A DNA stretch of 63,879 nucleotides, the filler included. It is 7 parts of 7 records of this genome, joined end to end, with 100 filler letters (N's around TTAATTAATTAA, not from the genome) between each part and the next. Parts side by side here need not be neighbours in the genome. Positions count along the whole stretch, not along the records: positions 45,373 to 51,685 come from SRR31156797_33831; positions 51,786 to 57,411 come from SRR31156797_33840; positions 57,512 to 63,879 come from SRR31156797_33886; 4 more parts are not named here. One strand, written 5' to 3'. Position 1 is the first letter of the stretch; every line of letters starts with the position of its first letter. Shown here piece after piece: positions 49,414-59,524 of this stretch. Both the position numbers and the translations under genes were made by a program. The notes under the pieces are model-generated. The model was not told the DNA's origin and searched no databases. It was given only the letters and a program-made list of their open reading frames with translations.

Positions 49414-50379
49414 TCATGGTTCACGGCGGAATTCAGCGGCTGCAAATGCGCACCGCTGTGAAACCGGTTCCGGTGCCGACGCCGCACTCTCTCTGATCCG
49501 TTCTTCCACCCGGTCAATCCGGGACTGAAGCCCCGTTCCGCTGGCGATTTGTATGGCCAGTCCCGGCCTGGCGTTCAATTCCAGTATCAGGGGGCCCTTG
49601 ACCGCGTCCAGCACGATATCCACACCCAGGTACCCGAGGCCGGTGATGTCGTGGCACCGGGCGGCAAGTTCCGTAAACCGGTGCCATTCCGGAACGTCAA
49701 AGCCGGAAAGGTCCTTTCCCGTGTCCGGATGGCGGGGCACCGGTCTTCCGAACTGGATCGCCCGGAGATATTTGCCCGAGGCAATGTCGATGCCCACCCC
49801 CACCGCCCCCTGGTGGAGGTTGGCCTTGCCGTCGGAGGCGCTGGTGGAAAGGCGGCTCATGGCAAGAATGGGATACCCTTTGTAAACGATGATCCGTATA
49901 TCCGGAACCCCCTGGTAGGTGTAGTCGTTGAAATGATCGGAAAATCGGACCATCTCTTCGATCATGACCACGTCGTTGTTTCCCCCCAGGCTGAAAAGCC
50001 CGCTCAGGGTATTGGAGGCGTGGCGCCGGATATCGTTGGCGGAGAGGAGGGACCCGCTTGATTTGACAAACCCCTTTTCCGATTTCTCCCGGATGACGAG
50101 GATCCCTTTACCGCCGCTTCCCTTGGCCGGTTTCAGCACAAAGGCGCCCTGGCGGGAGAGAAAGGACGCAAGCTCCTTGACATGGGCCTGGCTTCGCACC
50201 ACCCCCAGCAGTGCCGGTGTTGCAATGCCGGCTTTTTCAAGGAGCTCCTTGGTTTTCAGTTTGTTGTCCACAAGGGGATAGAGCCTGCGGGGGTTGTTTT
50301 GTGCGATCAGCACCACGTTCCGCCGGTTCATACCCACGATGCCGGCCTTTCGAAGCCGGGAAGGCGTGGTGAAAAACAT
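49414..50379 (-). CDS. Alpha-L-glutamate ligase-like ATP-grasp protein
   Basis: GMNRRN, NPRRLYPLVDNKLKTK, KPAKGSGGKGI, ANLHQGAVGVGID, LELNARPGLAIQIA. Confidence 0.92.
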   Translation of the reverse strand: MFFTTPSRLRKAGIVGMNRRNVVLIAQNNPRRLYPLVDNKLKTKELLEKAGIATPALLGVVRSQAHVKELASFLSRQGAFVLKPAKGSGGKGILVIREKSEKGFVKSSGSLLSANDIRRHASNTLSGLFSLGGNNDVVMIEEMVRFSDHFNDYTYQGVPDIRIIVYKGYPILAMSRLSTSASDGKANLHQGAVGVGIDIASGKYLRAIQFGRPVPRHPDTGKDLSGFDVPEWHRFTELAARCHDITGLGYLGVDIVLDAVKGPLILELNARPGLAIQIASGTGLQSRIDRVEERIRESAASAPEPVSQRCAFAAAEFRREP

Positions 50380-50382
50380 GGG

Positions 50383-51685
50383 TTACTCCTTTACCAGGGG
50401 TTCAAAACGGCGAAGCTCCGAGAGCCGGTACCCCGAATAGCTCCCGATCAGGATGATGACCGCAAGGAGCACCAGCAGCAGCTCGGGAAAGGAGTAGGTA
50501 AGATGTCCCACATACCGGTTCTGCATGATCATGCAGATGATCGCTGCGGAGAAAAGGGTGCCCCCGCCCTGGATGAAGACATCCCTGGGCCCTTCTTCCT
50601 CCCAGAGGATGGACATGCGCTCGATGGTCCAGGAGATGATGATCATGGGAAAAAAGGTGACCTGCAGGCCCTGGCGATATCCGGTTTTGATGCTGATGAC
50701 GCTGATGGCCACGTAGATGATGATGACAAACACAAGCACCGCCGAAATGCGGGGGACCAGCAGCAGGTTCAGGTGGCTCAGGTAGGACCGGAGCACCAGC
50801 CCCAGGCTTACCACCAGCACAAACAGGGCAAGGCCGGGCAGAAGCTTTGTATGCAGGAATACGATGGCCATGAGAATCGGCATAAAGGTGCCGGTGGTGG
50901 AGATGCCCACCAGGTTCCGGAGAACCACGATGACAAAGGCCCCGATGGGAATCAGCAACAGCAGTTTGAAGGTGTTCTGGGCCGAAACCGGGAGGCTGTA
51001 TATGGAAAAGTCCACCAGCATGGCTTTTTCCCGTTTTGCGTGGGCAATGACGGCTTTTTCCGTGGGCACCGTTCCCGACAGAATGGAAAAGGTGACTTCA
51101 CCGCCCGATCCGCCGGTTATTTCAAGGAGGGACTCGTCGCTCTGCTGCCAAATGAGAAAGCTGTCCATCTCTTCGACTTTGGCGCTTCTGGGGTTGATGA
51201 GCACCCGGTCGTTTCCGTCCCGGATTTCAATATACCCTTCCAGTTTTTTACGGTACCTGTCCGAGTCGAGGGAAAGGCCTTTTACGACTTCCGCCCGGAT
51301 GCCTGAGAGGCGGAGGAGATCCCGGGCAAGATATATTGGGCCCCCATGGCTTCCGGCGTTTGCCATGAGAATGGCCGCTTTTTCATTGCCAGGGGCATTC
51401 AGTTTGGTCAGGAGGGAGAGGGCTGCCCGGGTGGGGGTGATCACATCGGGTTTTGCGGTATCCAGAAGGCTTGTTGCGGCAATTTTCAATGCGTCGTCAA
51501 ACATGGGTATTTGCATATCGGACGCGGGCGGCGTCCCGGGGGCGCCCTTTCTTTTTCCCCGGTAGGCCTTGGAGCGATAATAGATTTCCTGCATGCCCTC
51601 CGCATGGGCCGATTCCCAGATGTGGCGTCTGTCCTTCACCTTGCTGGTATAGCCGGGGGCGATATTGTTTGCCGCCACCGTGGAA
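50383..51685 (-). CDS. Inactive transglutaminase with 7TM domain, 5'-truncated
   Basis: FSIYSLP, LLLIPIGA..V..RNLVGISTTGTFMP, LLLVPRIS, FFPMIIISWTIERMSILWEE, YSGYRLSELRRF; usual neighbour of the ATP-grasp gene. Confidence 0.88.
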
Positions 51686-51785
51686 NNNNNNNNNNNNNNN
51701 NNNNNNNNNNNNNNNNNNNNNNNNNNNNNTTAATTAATTAANNNNNNNNNNNNNNNNNNNNNNNNNNNNNNNNNNNNNNNNNNNN
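51686..51785. other. Artificial contig spacer
   Basis: N-run plus TTAATTAATTAA. Confidence 0.99.
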
Positions 51786-51793
51786 AATCGACC

Positions 51794-52735
51794 ATGCGCG
51801 TATGCGTTACCGGGGGAGCGGGTTTTCTTGGAAGTCATCTGTGCGATCGCCTGATCCGGGATGGCCACGATGTGATCTGCCTGGATAACCTCTTCACAGG
51901 CGATAAAAAGAATATTGAGCATCTGTTCGGGAATCCCCGGTTTGAATTCATGCGGCATGATGTGGTCGAACCCATCCTGCTGGAGGTCGACTGGATCTTC
52001 AATCTTGCATGTCCCGCCTCGCCGATTCACTATCAATACAATCCGGTCAAGACGGTGAAAACCTCGGTCATGGGCGCGCTCAATATGCTCGGAATGGCCA
52101 AGCGTGTGAAAGCCCGAATCCTGCAGGCTTCCACAAGCGAAATCTACGGCGACCCGGCCGAGCATCCCCAGAAGGAATCCTACTGGGGCAACGTGAACAC
52201 GATCGGCGTACGAAGTTGCTACGACGAAGGAAAGCGCGTAGCCGAAACGTTGATGATGGACTACTACCGTCAGAACAACGTCGATATCCGCATCATCCGA
52301 ATCTTCAATACCTATGGCCCAAGGATGGCCGTCGGAGATGGTCGTGTCGTGTCAAACTTCGTTGTCCAGGGATTGCGAAGCGAACCGCTTACGGTCTACG
52401 GCGAAGGAGACCAGACACGCTGTTTCTGCTATGTCGATGATCAGATCGAAGGCATGGTTCGCCTGATGGAGTACGAAGGGGATGATGCTCACGAACCGGT
52501 GAACGTAGGCAATTCCCAGGAAGTGTCCATGCTGGGGCTGATCGAAGCGCTCGCGGAAGTACTCGGCAAGGATCTGGAAATCACGAAAAAACCGCTTCCG
52601 AAGGATGATCCTGTTCGTCGCCGTCCGGATACGACCCGGGCGAAGGAACGTCTCGGCTGGCAACCGGAAGTCAATCTGCAGGAAGGACTCGCCCGAACGG
52701 TTGCCTTCTTCCGCTCGATTCTCGATGAAGAATAG
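51794..52735 (+). CDS. UDP-glucuronate decarboxylase (UDP-xylose synthase)
   Basis: [54 protein letters not shown]. Confidence 0.95.
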   Translation: MRVCVTGGAGFLGSHLCDRLIRDGHDVICLDNLFTGDKKNIEHLFGNPRFEFMRHDVVEPILLEVDWIFNLACPASPIHYQYNPVKTVKTSVMGALNMLGMAKRVKARILQASTSEIYGDPAEHPQKESYWGNVNTIGVRSCYDEGKRVAETLMMDYYRQNNVDIRIIRIFNTYGPRMAVGDGRVVSNFVVQGLRSEPLTVYGEGDQTRCFCYVDDQIEGMVRLMEYEGDDAHEPVNVGNSQEVSMLGLIEALAEVLGKDLEITKKPLPKDDPVRRRPDTTRAKERLGWQPEVNLQEGLARTVAFFRSILDEE

Positions 52736-52754
52736 AGCGACCAGGCATCTTATC

Positions 52755-52793
52755 AAAAAAAAGTGGCCGGCGACTCTGCAGTCGACCGGCCAG
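52755..52793 (-). terminator. Intrinsic terminator
   Basis: TGGCCGG...CCGGCCA stem preceded by an A8 run on the plus strand (U tract on minus). Confidence 0.6.
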
Positions 52794-52839
52794 GTTCACT
52801 GAAAGAGGGGGTTGTTGTTTCGGCATTCCCCTTTTTGAT

Positions 52840-53013
52840 TTAGCGATTCGGGTACATCGAGTTCTGCAGCATCGAGTTGAACATGCTCGTCGCGGCTGCA
52901 GAGAGTGCACTGCGGGTTCCGTCCGTAACTCCCTTACCGCATCCCGTGCTCACCATCAGGACAGCTACTGCAATTGAACACATCACTACGCGTCTGATCC
53001 ATCGAGTTGTCAT
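52840..53013 (-). CDS. Small (57 aa) putative lipoprotein
   Basis: MTTRWIRRVVMCSIAVAVLMVSTGCGKGVTDG...YPNR*; SD AAGGGAG; signal peptide ending in a lipobox-like STGC. Below the ORF-track size cutoff. Confidence 0.65.
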   Translation of the reverse strand: MTTRWIRRVVMCSIAVAVLMVSTGCGKGVTDGTRSALSAAATSMFNSMLQNSMYPNR

Positions 53014-53108
53014 GATTATTTACTCCCTTAAGTCAATCTCTGACCGGTTATCGGTCGGCTCATGCATGGGTTATCGGATGCCGGGAGGGGAGGGTTGATT
53101 TCCAAATG

Positions 53109-53146
53109 AAAAAAACCTGGCAGAAGAAACGTCTGCCAGGTTTTTG
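53109..53146. terminator. Bidirectional intrinsic terminator
   Basis: AAAAACCTGGCAGA-loop-TCTGCCAGGTTTTT. Confidence 0.75.
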
Positions 53147-53181
53147 TTAAGTTGTTATTTGACAGCTGATTATGCAAAAAA

Positions 53182-54285
53182 TCAGATGTTGGCGCCGCCA
53201 AAGAAAACATTCCCGTATTTCTCTGCCATTGCTTCCCGGGCGAAAACCAGTGGCAGCAGGAACGCCAGGTCGGATTCGGGTTTCCGGAGATAATCCGCCA
53301 TTTCCAGACGCCATTTGTTGTCGAAGGTCATTAGAGCGTCCTGACTCTCTGCTGAGTTCAAGGCTTCCATCGTGACGTCAGCCGCGAGTGTTGCGGACCA
53401 GAGCCCCGGAACGATCCCCGCGTTGGATAGCAGGGTCACAAAGCCGCCGGCTTCACCGATCAGCAGCGTGTGTTTGCCTACATGGGAATCCATATCCAGG
53501 GCAAGTGCCGGCGGGGGGCAGTAAATGGCGTTGGGAATGCAATTCGCCAGTTCCGTTGGAATCATAGTCTTCGAGATCAGCTCTGAGCAGAATCGTTTCA
53601 GTAAGGCGGTTGCCTGGGTTTCGTTACCGGGTACACGAAGTTGCAGTCCCCACTGGTCTTTCCCATAGAAGAACAGCCCGAAGCCTTCTTCGCTGCCAAG
53701 GCCGAGTACGGCGTTGATCGTGGTCTCATCTCCGGCCGGAGCGGGCAGGTCCGCATACATGTATACCGCCGAAAGCTTTCCGAGTGTTACTGGTCGTGCA
53801 ACACCCAGTCCTTCAGCAAGCGGACTCTGTCTCCCGGATGCGATCAGAAGAGTTCTTCCCAGAAGGACGTTGCCCTGTCTGGATTCGAGGCGTATATGAT
53901 CATCCTTATCGATGACGCTTGAGATGTCGCACTGATCGTGGAGTTTCGCTCCTGCCTGGAGAGCGGCTTCGACCATCTTTGCATCAAACTCGGAACGATT
54001 GATGACGTATCCCCAGCCTTCGTCTTTACTGGCATTCACGTCACGTGCGAGTTCGCTGTCAATGAAACGGATGTTCGTGAACGGTTTACCCAGCAGGGTA
54101 GCGTGATCGACGTTCAGTTCTTCGAGTATCTCGGCGGTTTTCAGGCCTACCCAGCCGATCCCTTCTGCGGGGCGGGGGAGTGTGCCTTTGTCGATCAAGG
54201 CAACGGATACCCCGTTTCGTGCCAGGCGAATTGCCGCAGCAGCACCCACTGCTCCGGCTCCAATGATCATTACGTCATAATCCAT
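53182..54285 (-). CDS. FAD-dependent oxidoreductase, geranylgeranyl reductase/FixC-like
   Basis: YDVMIIGAGAVG, INRSEFD...A..AGA, LLIGEAGGFV...GI. Confidence 0.8.
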   Translation of the reverse strand: MDYDVMIIGAGAVGAAAAIRLARNGVSVALIDKGTLPRPAEGIGWVGLKTAEILEELNVDHATLLGKPFTNIRFIDSELARDVNASKDEGWGYVINRSEFDAKMVEAALQAGAKLHDQCDISSVIDKDDHIRLESRQGNVLLGRTLLIASGRQSPLAEGLGVARPVTLGKLSAVYMYADLPAPAGDETTINAVLGLGSEEGFGLFFYGKDQWGLQLRVPGNETQATALLKRFCSELISKTMIPTELANCIPNAIYCPPPALALDMDSHVGKHTLLIGEAGGFVTLLSNAGIVPGLWSATLAADVTMEALNSAESQDALMTFDNKWRLEMADYLRKPESDLAFLLPLVFAREAMAEKYGNVFFGGANI

Positions 54286-54329
54286 TCTTGCATCTCGATG
54301 TCTGCTGATCCCGGTTTCCTATGGTTTTG

Positions 54330-55010
54330 TTATGGAACAAACTTGTATCCAATGCTATGCACGGTCAGGATGTGCTTGGGATTCTTGGCGTCCTCTTCCA
54401 CTTTTCTCCGGATCGAGACAATGTGGTTGTCCACGGTACGGTTCGTCGGATACGCGCCGAGTCCCCAGATCTTGTCGAGCATGAGATTTCGTTCGACCGG
54501 TTGCTCTGCATTCTCGATGAGCATCTTGAGAATCTGAATCTCGAAGTGGCCGAGGTTGAAGGTTTCGCCGCCACGCTTGGCGATGCCCTGGACGAGATCC
54601 AGTTCTGCATTGCCGATCGTGAAAATCTTAGCGTCGGTGGGTTTGACACCTGCATGACGCAGGGCGACTTTGATTCGTGCAAGCAACTCATGCACGCCGA
54701 AGGGCTTGGTCATGTAGTCATCCGCACCGGCTTCGAGTCCGCGAACGACATCAACTTCCTGGCTCTTGGCAGTCAGCATAATGACCGGGACGGTATTGCC
54801 CGATTCGCGGAGTTTTCGGCAGACCTCGATGCCGTCCATTTTCGGCATCATGATGTCCAGCAGGATCAGGTCGGGGCGTTCCTGGATCGCCTTGTCGAGT
54901 CCTTCTTCACCGTCACCGGCTTCGATGACTTCATACTCCTCGAACTGGAGATTGTCCCGCAGGCCCATCCGCATATCGGGTTCGTCTTCGACAATCAGAA
55001 TTCGTGCCAT
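54330..55010 (-). CDS. OmpR-family response regulator
   Basis: ILIVEDE, LLDIMMP, DDYMTKPF, RTVDNHI..IRRK. Confidence 0.96.
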   Translation of the reverse strand: MARILIVEDEPDMRMGLRDNLQFEEYEVIEAGDGEEGLDKAIQERPDLILLDIMMPKMDGIEVCRKLRESGNTVPVIMLTAKSQEVDVVRGLEAGADDYMTKPFGVHELLARIKVALRHAGVKPTDAKIFTIGNAELDLVQGIAKRGGETFNLGHFEIQILKMLIENAEQPVERNLMLDKIWGLGAYPTNRTVDNHIVSIRRKVEEDAKNPKHILTVHSIGYKFVP

Positions 55011-55014
55011 CGCA

Positions 55015-56613
55015 TTAACCGTCCTTTCTATTCGTTGCGTGGTCGCCAGCAGGTAAGAATACCCGAAAAGTACTGCCTTTGACCAGTCGTGATTCTACCT
55101 CAATTACTCCGCAGTGGGCATCGATGATCTGCTTGCAGAGGGAAAGTCCCAGCCCGGCTCCCCGTTTTTTGCGTACCTGCTCCTGGGAAGCCCGGAAAAA
55201 GCCATCAAAGAGGTGTGCCCGGTCTTCCGGTCGGATGCCGATTCCCCGGTCGTGAACGGCGACCGTAACGCCGTGGTGATCACGACGGGTTTCGGGGCTC
55301 ACTTCGATAATCATGCTTTTTTCGTCATCGCTGTATTTCACAGCATTGCTGATCAGGTTGAGGATAACCTGCCCGATCGCGTCGCTGTCTCCCTCGATGG
55401 TGGGGAGATGTTCCTCGATGATGCATTTGTGCTCGAATCCCTGGCGGTCAAGATCGTGCCGGTACGCTTCGTAGGTGTGCAGTGCCACCTGGCCGACATC
55501 AACCGGATCCCGTCGGAAATCCTTTCGACCCGCATCAATACGGGAGAAGTCCAGGATGTTGTTGATCATGTGAGTCAGACGCGTACTCTCACGCGTGATG
55601 ATCTCGTAGTATTCCTGGGCTTTTTCCGGCGTACGGACGCGTCCCTGCATCAGGGTTTCGCCGAACATGCGGATCAGGGCCAGGGGGGTTTTTAACTCAT
55701 GGGACACGTCCGCAACGAAGTTGGATTTCAGCCGGGACAGGTTCAGTTCGCGCTGAACGGCCCGGTTGGTTGCGAAGATTGCAATCAACAATGTCAACAG
55801 CACGAACAGGTTGATCGCCATGTAGAGAATCGTCTGGCGCATCCCGTCGGCCTGCTGGCGGATCACAAAGTCCCGCGACGGTCGAACCGACCAGAAGGGG
55901 AACAGGGGATTCAGCGTTTCGGACCAGAGTGCTTTGACCTGTTCGATGGTCGGGTCTCCGACCTCCTCCATGTGAACCAGTGTGAGTTTGCCTTCTCCCA
56001 GCAGTTCCGGACGGATGATTTTCTTGAGCATTGCATCCAGATCGAATACACCGGCGACCGTGGTTGTGTAAATGTCTTCCGCTTTGACCGGGAGGATTCG
56101 CCATGCCGTCAGAATGTTCTCTCCGGCAATGTTGTCCTGGATAAAGCCGATTGGTTCTCCGAATGTTGTGTCATTGGCCGACGCTTCGAGAGACGGAAGC
56201 CGAAGACTGAACATGCTGCGAAGAGATTCCATTCCCTGCGTAGCCGGTGCCGTGGTCAGCGGGCGGGGCGCGAACAGAATCTTCCGGCTGGGCTTGTGAT
56301 AAATCTCGGATTCTTTCTCGGACAGGATATGGATTTCCTTGATCCATTCTGGCCAGATGAGAGATTCCGGATCATCAGTCGTTCCCGCTTTTTCGAGGAA
56401 ATCAGCGGTGTTTCTCGTAATCCGAGCTTCCAGCTCCCTGATTTTCTGGGCTGTATCCGGTCGGAGATGGGCGATTCGCCCCGTTGCCAGGAAGTGAGAC
56501 TGCCGCAGCGACTGCATCATGCCCATCAGTGCCATCATGATGACGAGCACAACGACACCGCGGACGACCGTCCGCGAGAACCTGGGACGTCTTCCCTGGG
56601 GGTCGGTGGGCAT
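55015..56613 (-). CDS. Membrane sensor histidine kinase
   Basis: Two TM; H-box DVSHELKTPL, NLISNAVKYS, DRGIGI, GAGLGL. Confidence 0.95.
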   Translation of the reverse strand: MPTDPQGRRPRFSRTVVRGVVVLVIMMALMGMMQSLRQSHFLATGRIAHLRPDTAQKIRELEARITRNTADFLEKAGTTDDPESLIWPEWIKEIHILSEKESEIYHKPSRKILFAPRPLTTAPATQGMESLRSMFSLRLPSLEASANDTTFGEPIGFIQDNIAGENILTAWRILPVKAEDIYTTTVAGVFDLDAMLKKIIRPELLGEGKLTLVHMEEVGDPTIEQVKALWSETLNPLFPFWSVRPSRDFVIRQQADGMRQTILYMAINLFVLLTLLIAIFATNRAVQRELNLSRLKSNFVADVSHELKTPLALIRMFGETLMQGRVRTPEKAQEYYEIITRESTRLTHMINNILDFSRIDAGRKDFRRDPVDVGQVALHTYEAYRHDLDRQGFEHKCIIEEHLPTIEGDSDAIGQVILNLISNAVKYSDDEKSMIIEVSPETRRDHHGVTVAVHDRGIGIRPEDRAHLFDGFFRASQEQVRKKRGAGLGLSLCKQIIDAHCGVIEVESRLVKGSTFRVFLPAGDHATNRKDG

Positions 56614-56667
56614 GAATCAACAGTCTCCTGGCGGATACCCGCCTGGCAATGATTGGTGCATTGCCGA

Positions 56668-57411
56668 TTACACGACCAGACGCAGGAACTTCCGCTTCCC
56701 ACGCTGGATGATCTGATCGGACTTGATTTCGATGATCGCCTGCGGATCTTCCAGGGCTTCGCCTTCCAGACGCACGCCGCGTTCGGCGACGAGCCGACGG
56801 GCTTCACCGTTAGATTTCGCGAATCCACAATCCCGGATGAGATCCACGACCAGGACCCGTCCATCGGTCAGGATGTCTGCCGATACCGTGTGCTCCGGAA
56901 TGTCATCCGGAAGTCCGCCCTTGTTCGCGCCATGAATCCGGAAGAACTCCTGCTCCGCGGAACTGGCCGCATCGGCGTCATGGAACTGCGTGATGATATC
57001 CTTCGCCAGCATGATTTTCGCATCACGCGGATTGCCATTCGCCGGGTCGGTAATTTCCTTGACCTTTTTCATGGGAACGGAGGTCAGCAGCTCGAAGTAG
57101 TTCGCCATCACGTCGTCCGGAATACTCATGATTTTCCCGAACATGTCCGAAGGCGAGTCGGTTACACCGACATAGTTGCCCATGGACTTACTCATTTTCT
57201 CTTTCCCGTCGAGCCCGACAAGGATCGGCATGACCAGAACGATCTGCGGAGCCTGTTTGGCATTTCTCTGGAAGTCGCGACCGAGCAGATTATTGAACGT
57301 CTGGTCCGTTCCGCCGAGTTCGACGTCAGAGCGGATCTCGACAGAATCCTGAGCCTGCATCATGGGGTAGAACAGTTCATGCACGTAGACTTCCAGCCCG
57401 GCTTTCATTCG
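56668..57411 (-). CDS. tyrS: Tyrosyl-tRNA synthetase, 5'-truncated
   Basis: YPMMQAQDS, GGTDQTFN, KMSKS, S4 domain ending GKRKF. Confidence 0.96.
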   Translation of the reverse strand, partial: RMKAGLEVYVHELFYPMMQAQDSVEIRSDVELGGTDQTFNNLLGRDFQRNAKQAPQIVLVMPILVGLDGKEKMSKSMGNYVGVTDSPSDMFGKIMSIPDDVMANYFELLTSVPMKKVKEITDPANGNPRDAKIMLAKDIITQFHDADAASSAEQEFFRIHGANKGGLPDDIPEHTVSADILTDGRVLVVDLIRDCGFAKSNGEARRLVAERGVRLEGEALEDPQAIIEIKSDQIIQRGKRKFLRLVV

Positions 57412-57511
57412 NNNNNNNNNNNNNNNNNNNNNNNNNNNNNNNNNNNNNNNNNNNNTTAATTAATTAANNNNNNNNNNNNNNNNNNNNNNNNNNNNNNNNN
57501 NNNNNNNNNNN
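57412..57511. other. Artificial contig spacer
   Basis: N-run plus TTAATTAATTAA. Confidence 0.99.
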
Positions 57512-57867
57512 TCTACATTATTAGTTCCTAAAAAACCTTTTGCAAACTTATTTGCTATATAGTAGTCTTCGGTAAGAAGCTGACCTGATAGATACAATCC
57601 TATTTTGTCTTTAGAAGTCTCTTTGATCTTTTTTGCAATAACATTAATCGCTTCTTCCCAAGTAGTTACTTCTAGATCATTATTAATATTTTCTCTTATA
57701 TGTGGTCTTAAAAGTCTTGTTGGAGTTTGAATACTTATAAGCTCACTGACCCCTTTAGAACATACTTTTCCCTCATTAGTAGGATAAGTAACATCTCCTA
57801 AAAGATTCTTCTCATCGTATTCTAATCCACACCCAACACCACAATATCCGCATACTGACTTTATCAT
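57512..57867 (-). CDS. nasA: Assimilatory nitrate reductase catalytic subunit, N-terminal fragment
   Basis: CGYCGVGCG...GKVCSKG; SGQLLTEDYYIANKFAKGFLGTNNV; no Tat signal. Confidence 0.88.
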
Positions 57868-58032
57868 TATTATTAATACTCCAAAATAAATATACCCGTA
57901 GTATACACTAATTTTTATGTAATTTTAAGAATAATATGTATAATAAATATACAATTAAATAGTTTTTTTCTATTTAATTTATTGTATACTTCTCACATCA
58001 AAACAAAATTAATGTAAATTTAAGGAGTTAAA

Positions 58033-59415
58033 ATGTTAAAAAGTGTTCTTAAGATAGGACTTGGAGTATCTGTTGTTGCTGCTACGTTGATGGCAGCTCC
58101 TGAAAAAACAAAGTTAAAGATCGGATTTATTGCTTTAACTGACTGTGCACCATTAGTAATTGCAAAAGAGAAAGGTTTCTTTAAAGAAGAAGGTTTAGAT
58201 GTACATGTTGCAAAAGAAGGTGGTGGATGGCCAGGGATTCAGCAAAAAGTGATTAGTGGAGAGTATGACTTTTCTCACGCACTTGCTGGTATGCCAATTG
58301 CTGCTACTTTAGGGATCAATGGAGATGCTCACTTACAAGCACTTTTATCACTTGATTTTAATGGAAATGCTATCACTTATGGAAATAAGATCATTAAACA
58401 GATGCAAAAACACGGACTTGATAAAACTGCAAGACCAGTAAGCGCTGATAGTTTAAAAAAATATATTGATGAAAAACATAAAACTGAAGGTGGAGATTAT
58501 GCACCACTTAACTTTGGTATGGTTCACCCAGTTTCTACTCACAACTATGAACTTAGATATTGGATGGCAGGATCAGGAATAAAACCTGATGAAGATTGTA
58601 CAATCAAACCATTCCCACCTCCAACAATGCCACAAAACTTAATTGCTGGTAATATTGAAGGATACTGTGTAGGTGAGCCTTGGAACTCAAGAATTGTACT
58701 TAAAGGAAAAGGTAGTGCACTTGTAACAAACTATGATATTTGGAATAATAATCCAGAAAAAGTACTTCAAGCAAGAGCTGATTTTGTAGAAAAATATCCA
58801 GAAACTACAAAAGCAGTTATGAGAGCAGTTATTAAAGCTCAAATGTGGTTAGATGCATCATGGGAAAATAGAGAAGAAGCTATTAAATATCTTGCTCAAA
58901 ACAACTATGTAAAAGCTCCTAAAAAAGTTTTACAAAAATCTATGTCCGGAACATTCCTTTATAATAAAGGGGTAGATTCTTCAAACCCAATGTTTAACGT
59001 CTTTGCTAACTACTATGCATCATATCCATATTACTCTCATGGTATGTGGTTTATTACTCAAATGTATAGATGGGGACAACTTGACAAACCAGTTGATATG
59101 AAAGCGACTATTGAGAAAGTTTATAGACCTGATCTATTTGCACAAGTAGCTAAAGAGGTTGGATATACACTACCACCAAGTCCATGGAAAAAAGATGGAG
59201 TTGATGAGTATAATAAATTCATCGATGGGAAAGTTTGGGATCCTAATAAAGCAGTTGAATATATCTATGATACATTTAAAGTAACAAATCCAAAAGTATC
59301 TAAAGAGGAACTTGCTAAAGCAAACCAATGGACAGTTGAAACAAAACAACCAAAATATGTATGTCCATATGGGCCTGCTGGATGTGCTGATCCGAAGTAT
59401 ATTACTACAAAATAA
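58033..59415 (+). CDS. nrtA: Nitrate ABC transporter substrate-binding protein (NrtA/CmpA family)
   Basis: Signal peptide; GFIALTDCAPL, HNYELRYW, GYCVGEPWN, PEKV. Confidence 0.93.
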   Translation: MLKSVLKIGLGVSVVAATLMAAPEKTKLKIGFIALTDCAPLVIAKEKGFFKEEGLDVHVAKEGGGWPGIQQKVISGEYDFSHALAGMPIAATLGINGDAHLQALLSLDFNGNAITYGNKIIKQMQKHGLDKTARPVSADSLKKYIDEKHKTEGGDYAPLNFGMVHPVSTHNYELRYWMAGSGIKPDEDCTIKPFPPPTMPQNLIAGNIEGYCVGEPWNSRIVLKGKGSALVTNYDIWNNNPEKVLQARADFVEKYPETTKAVMRAVIKAQMWLDASWENREEAIKYLAQNNYVKAPKKVLQKSMSGTFLYNKGVDSSNPMFNVFANYYASYPYYSHGMWFITQMYRWGQLDKPVDMKATIEKVYRPDLFAQVAKEVGYTLPPSPWKKDGVDEYNKFIDGKVWDPNKAVEYIYDTFKVTNPKVSKEELAKANQWTVETKQPKYVCPYGPAGCADPKYITTK

Positions 59416-59436
59416 TCGTTTAACAAGTTGTTATCA

Positions 59437-59470
59437 AAAACCAAAAGTGGGAAAACCACTCTTTGGTTTT
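59437..59470 (+). other. Intercistronic stem-loop after nrtA (mRNA stabiliser or partial terminator)
   Basis: AAAACCAAAAGTGG-GAAAA-CCACTCTTTGGTTTT. Confidence 0.55.
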
Positions 59471-59524
59471 AGCTGTGCGTATAAATATACGTAGATATAA
59501 AACCAAAATATTCGAAGGAAAAAA

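Noticed and set aside
4881-56652. Many long antisense or overlapping ORFs (e.g. 4881-5882, 12952-13926, 14242-15297, 22734-23612, 50182-51306, 55699-56652)
   Set aside because: Shadow ORFs opposite well-supported genes in GC-rich DNA, with no family motifs.
15376-57511. Six repeats of TTAATTAATTAA within N-runs
   Set aside because: Artificial all-frame-stop linkers joining contigs, not a biological repeat. ORFs running into them are truncated.
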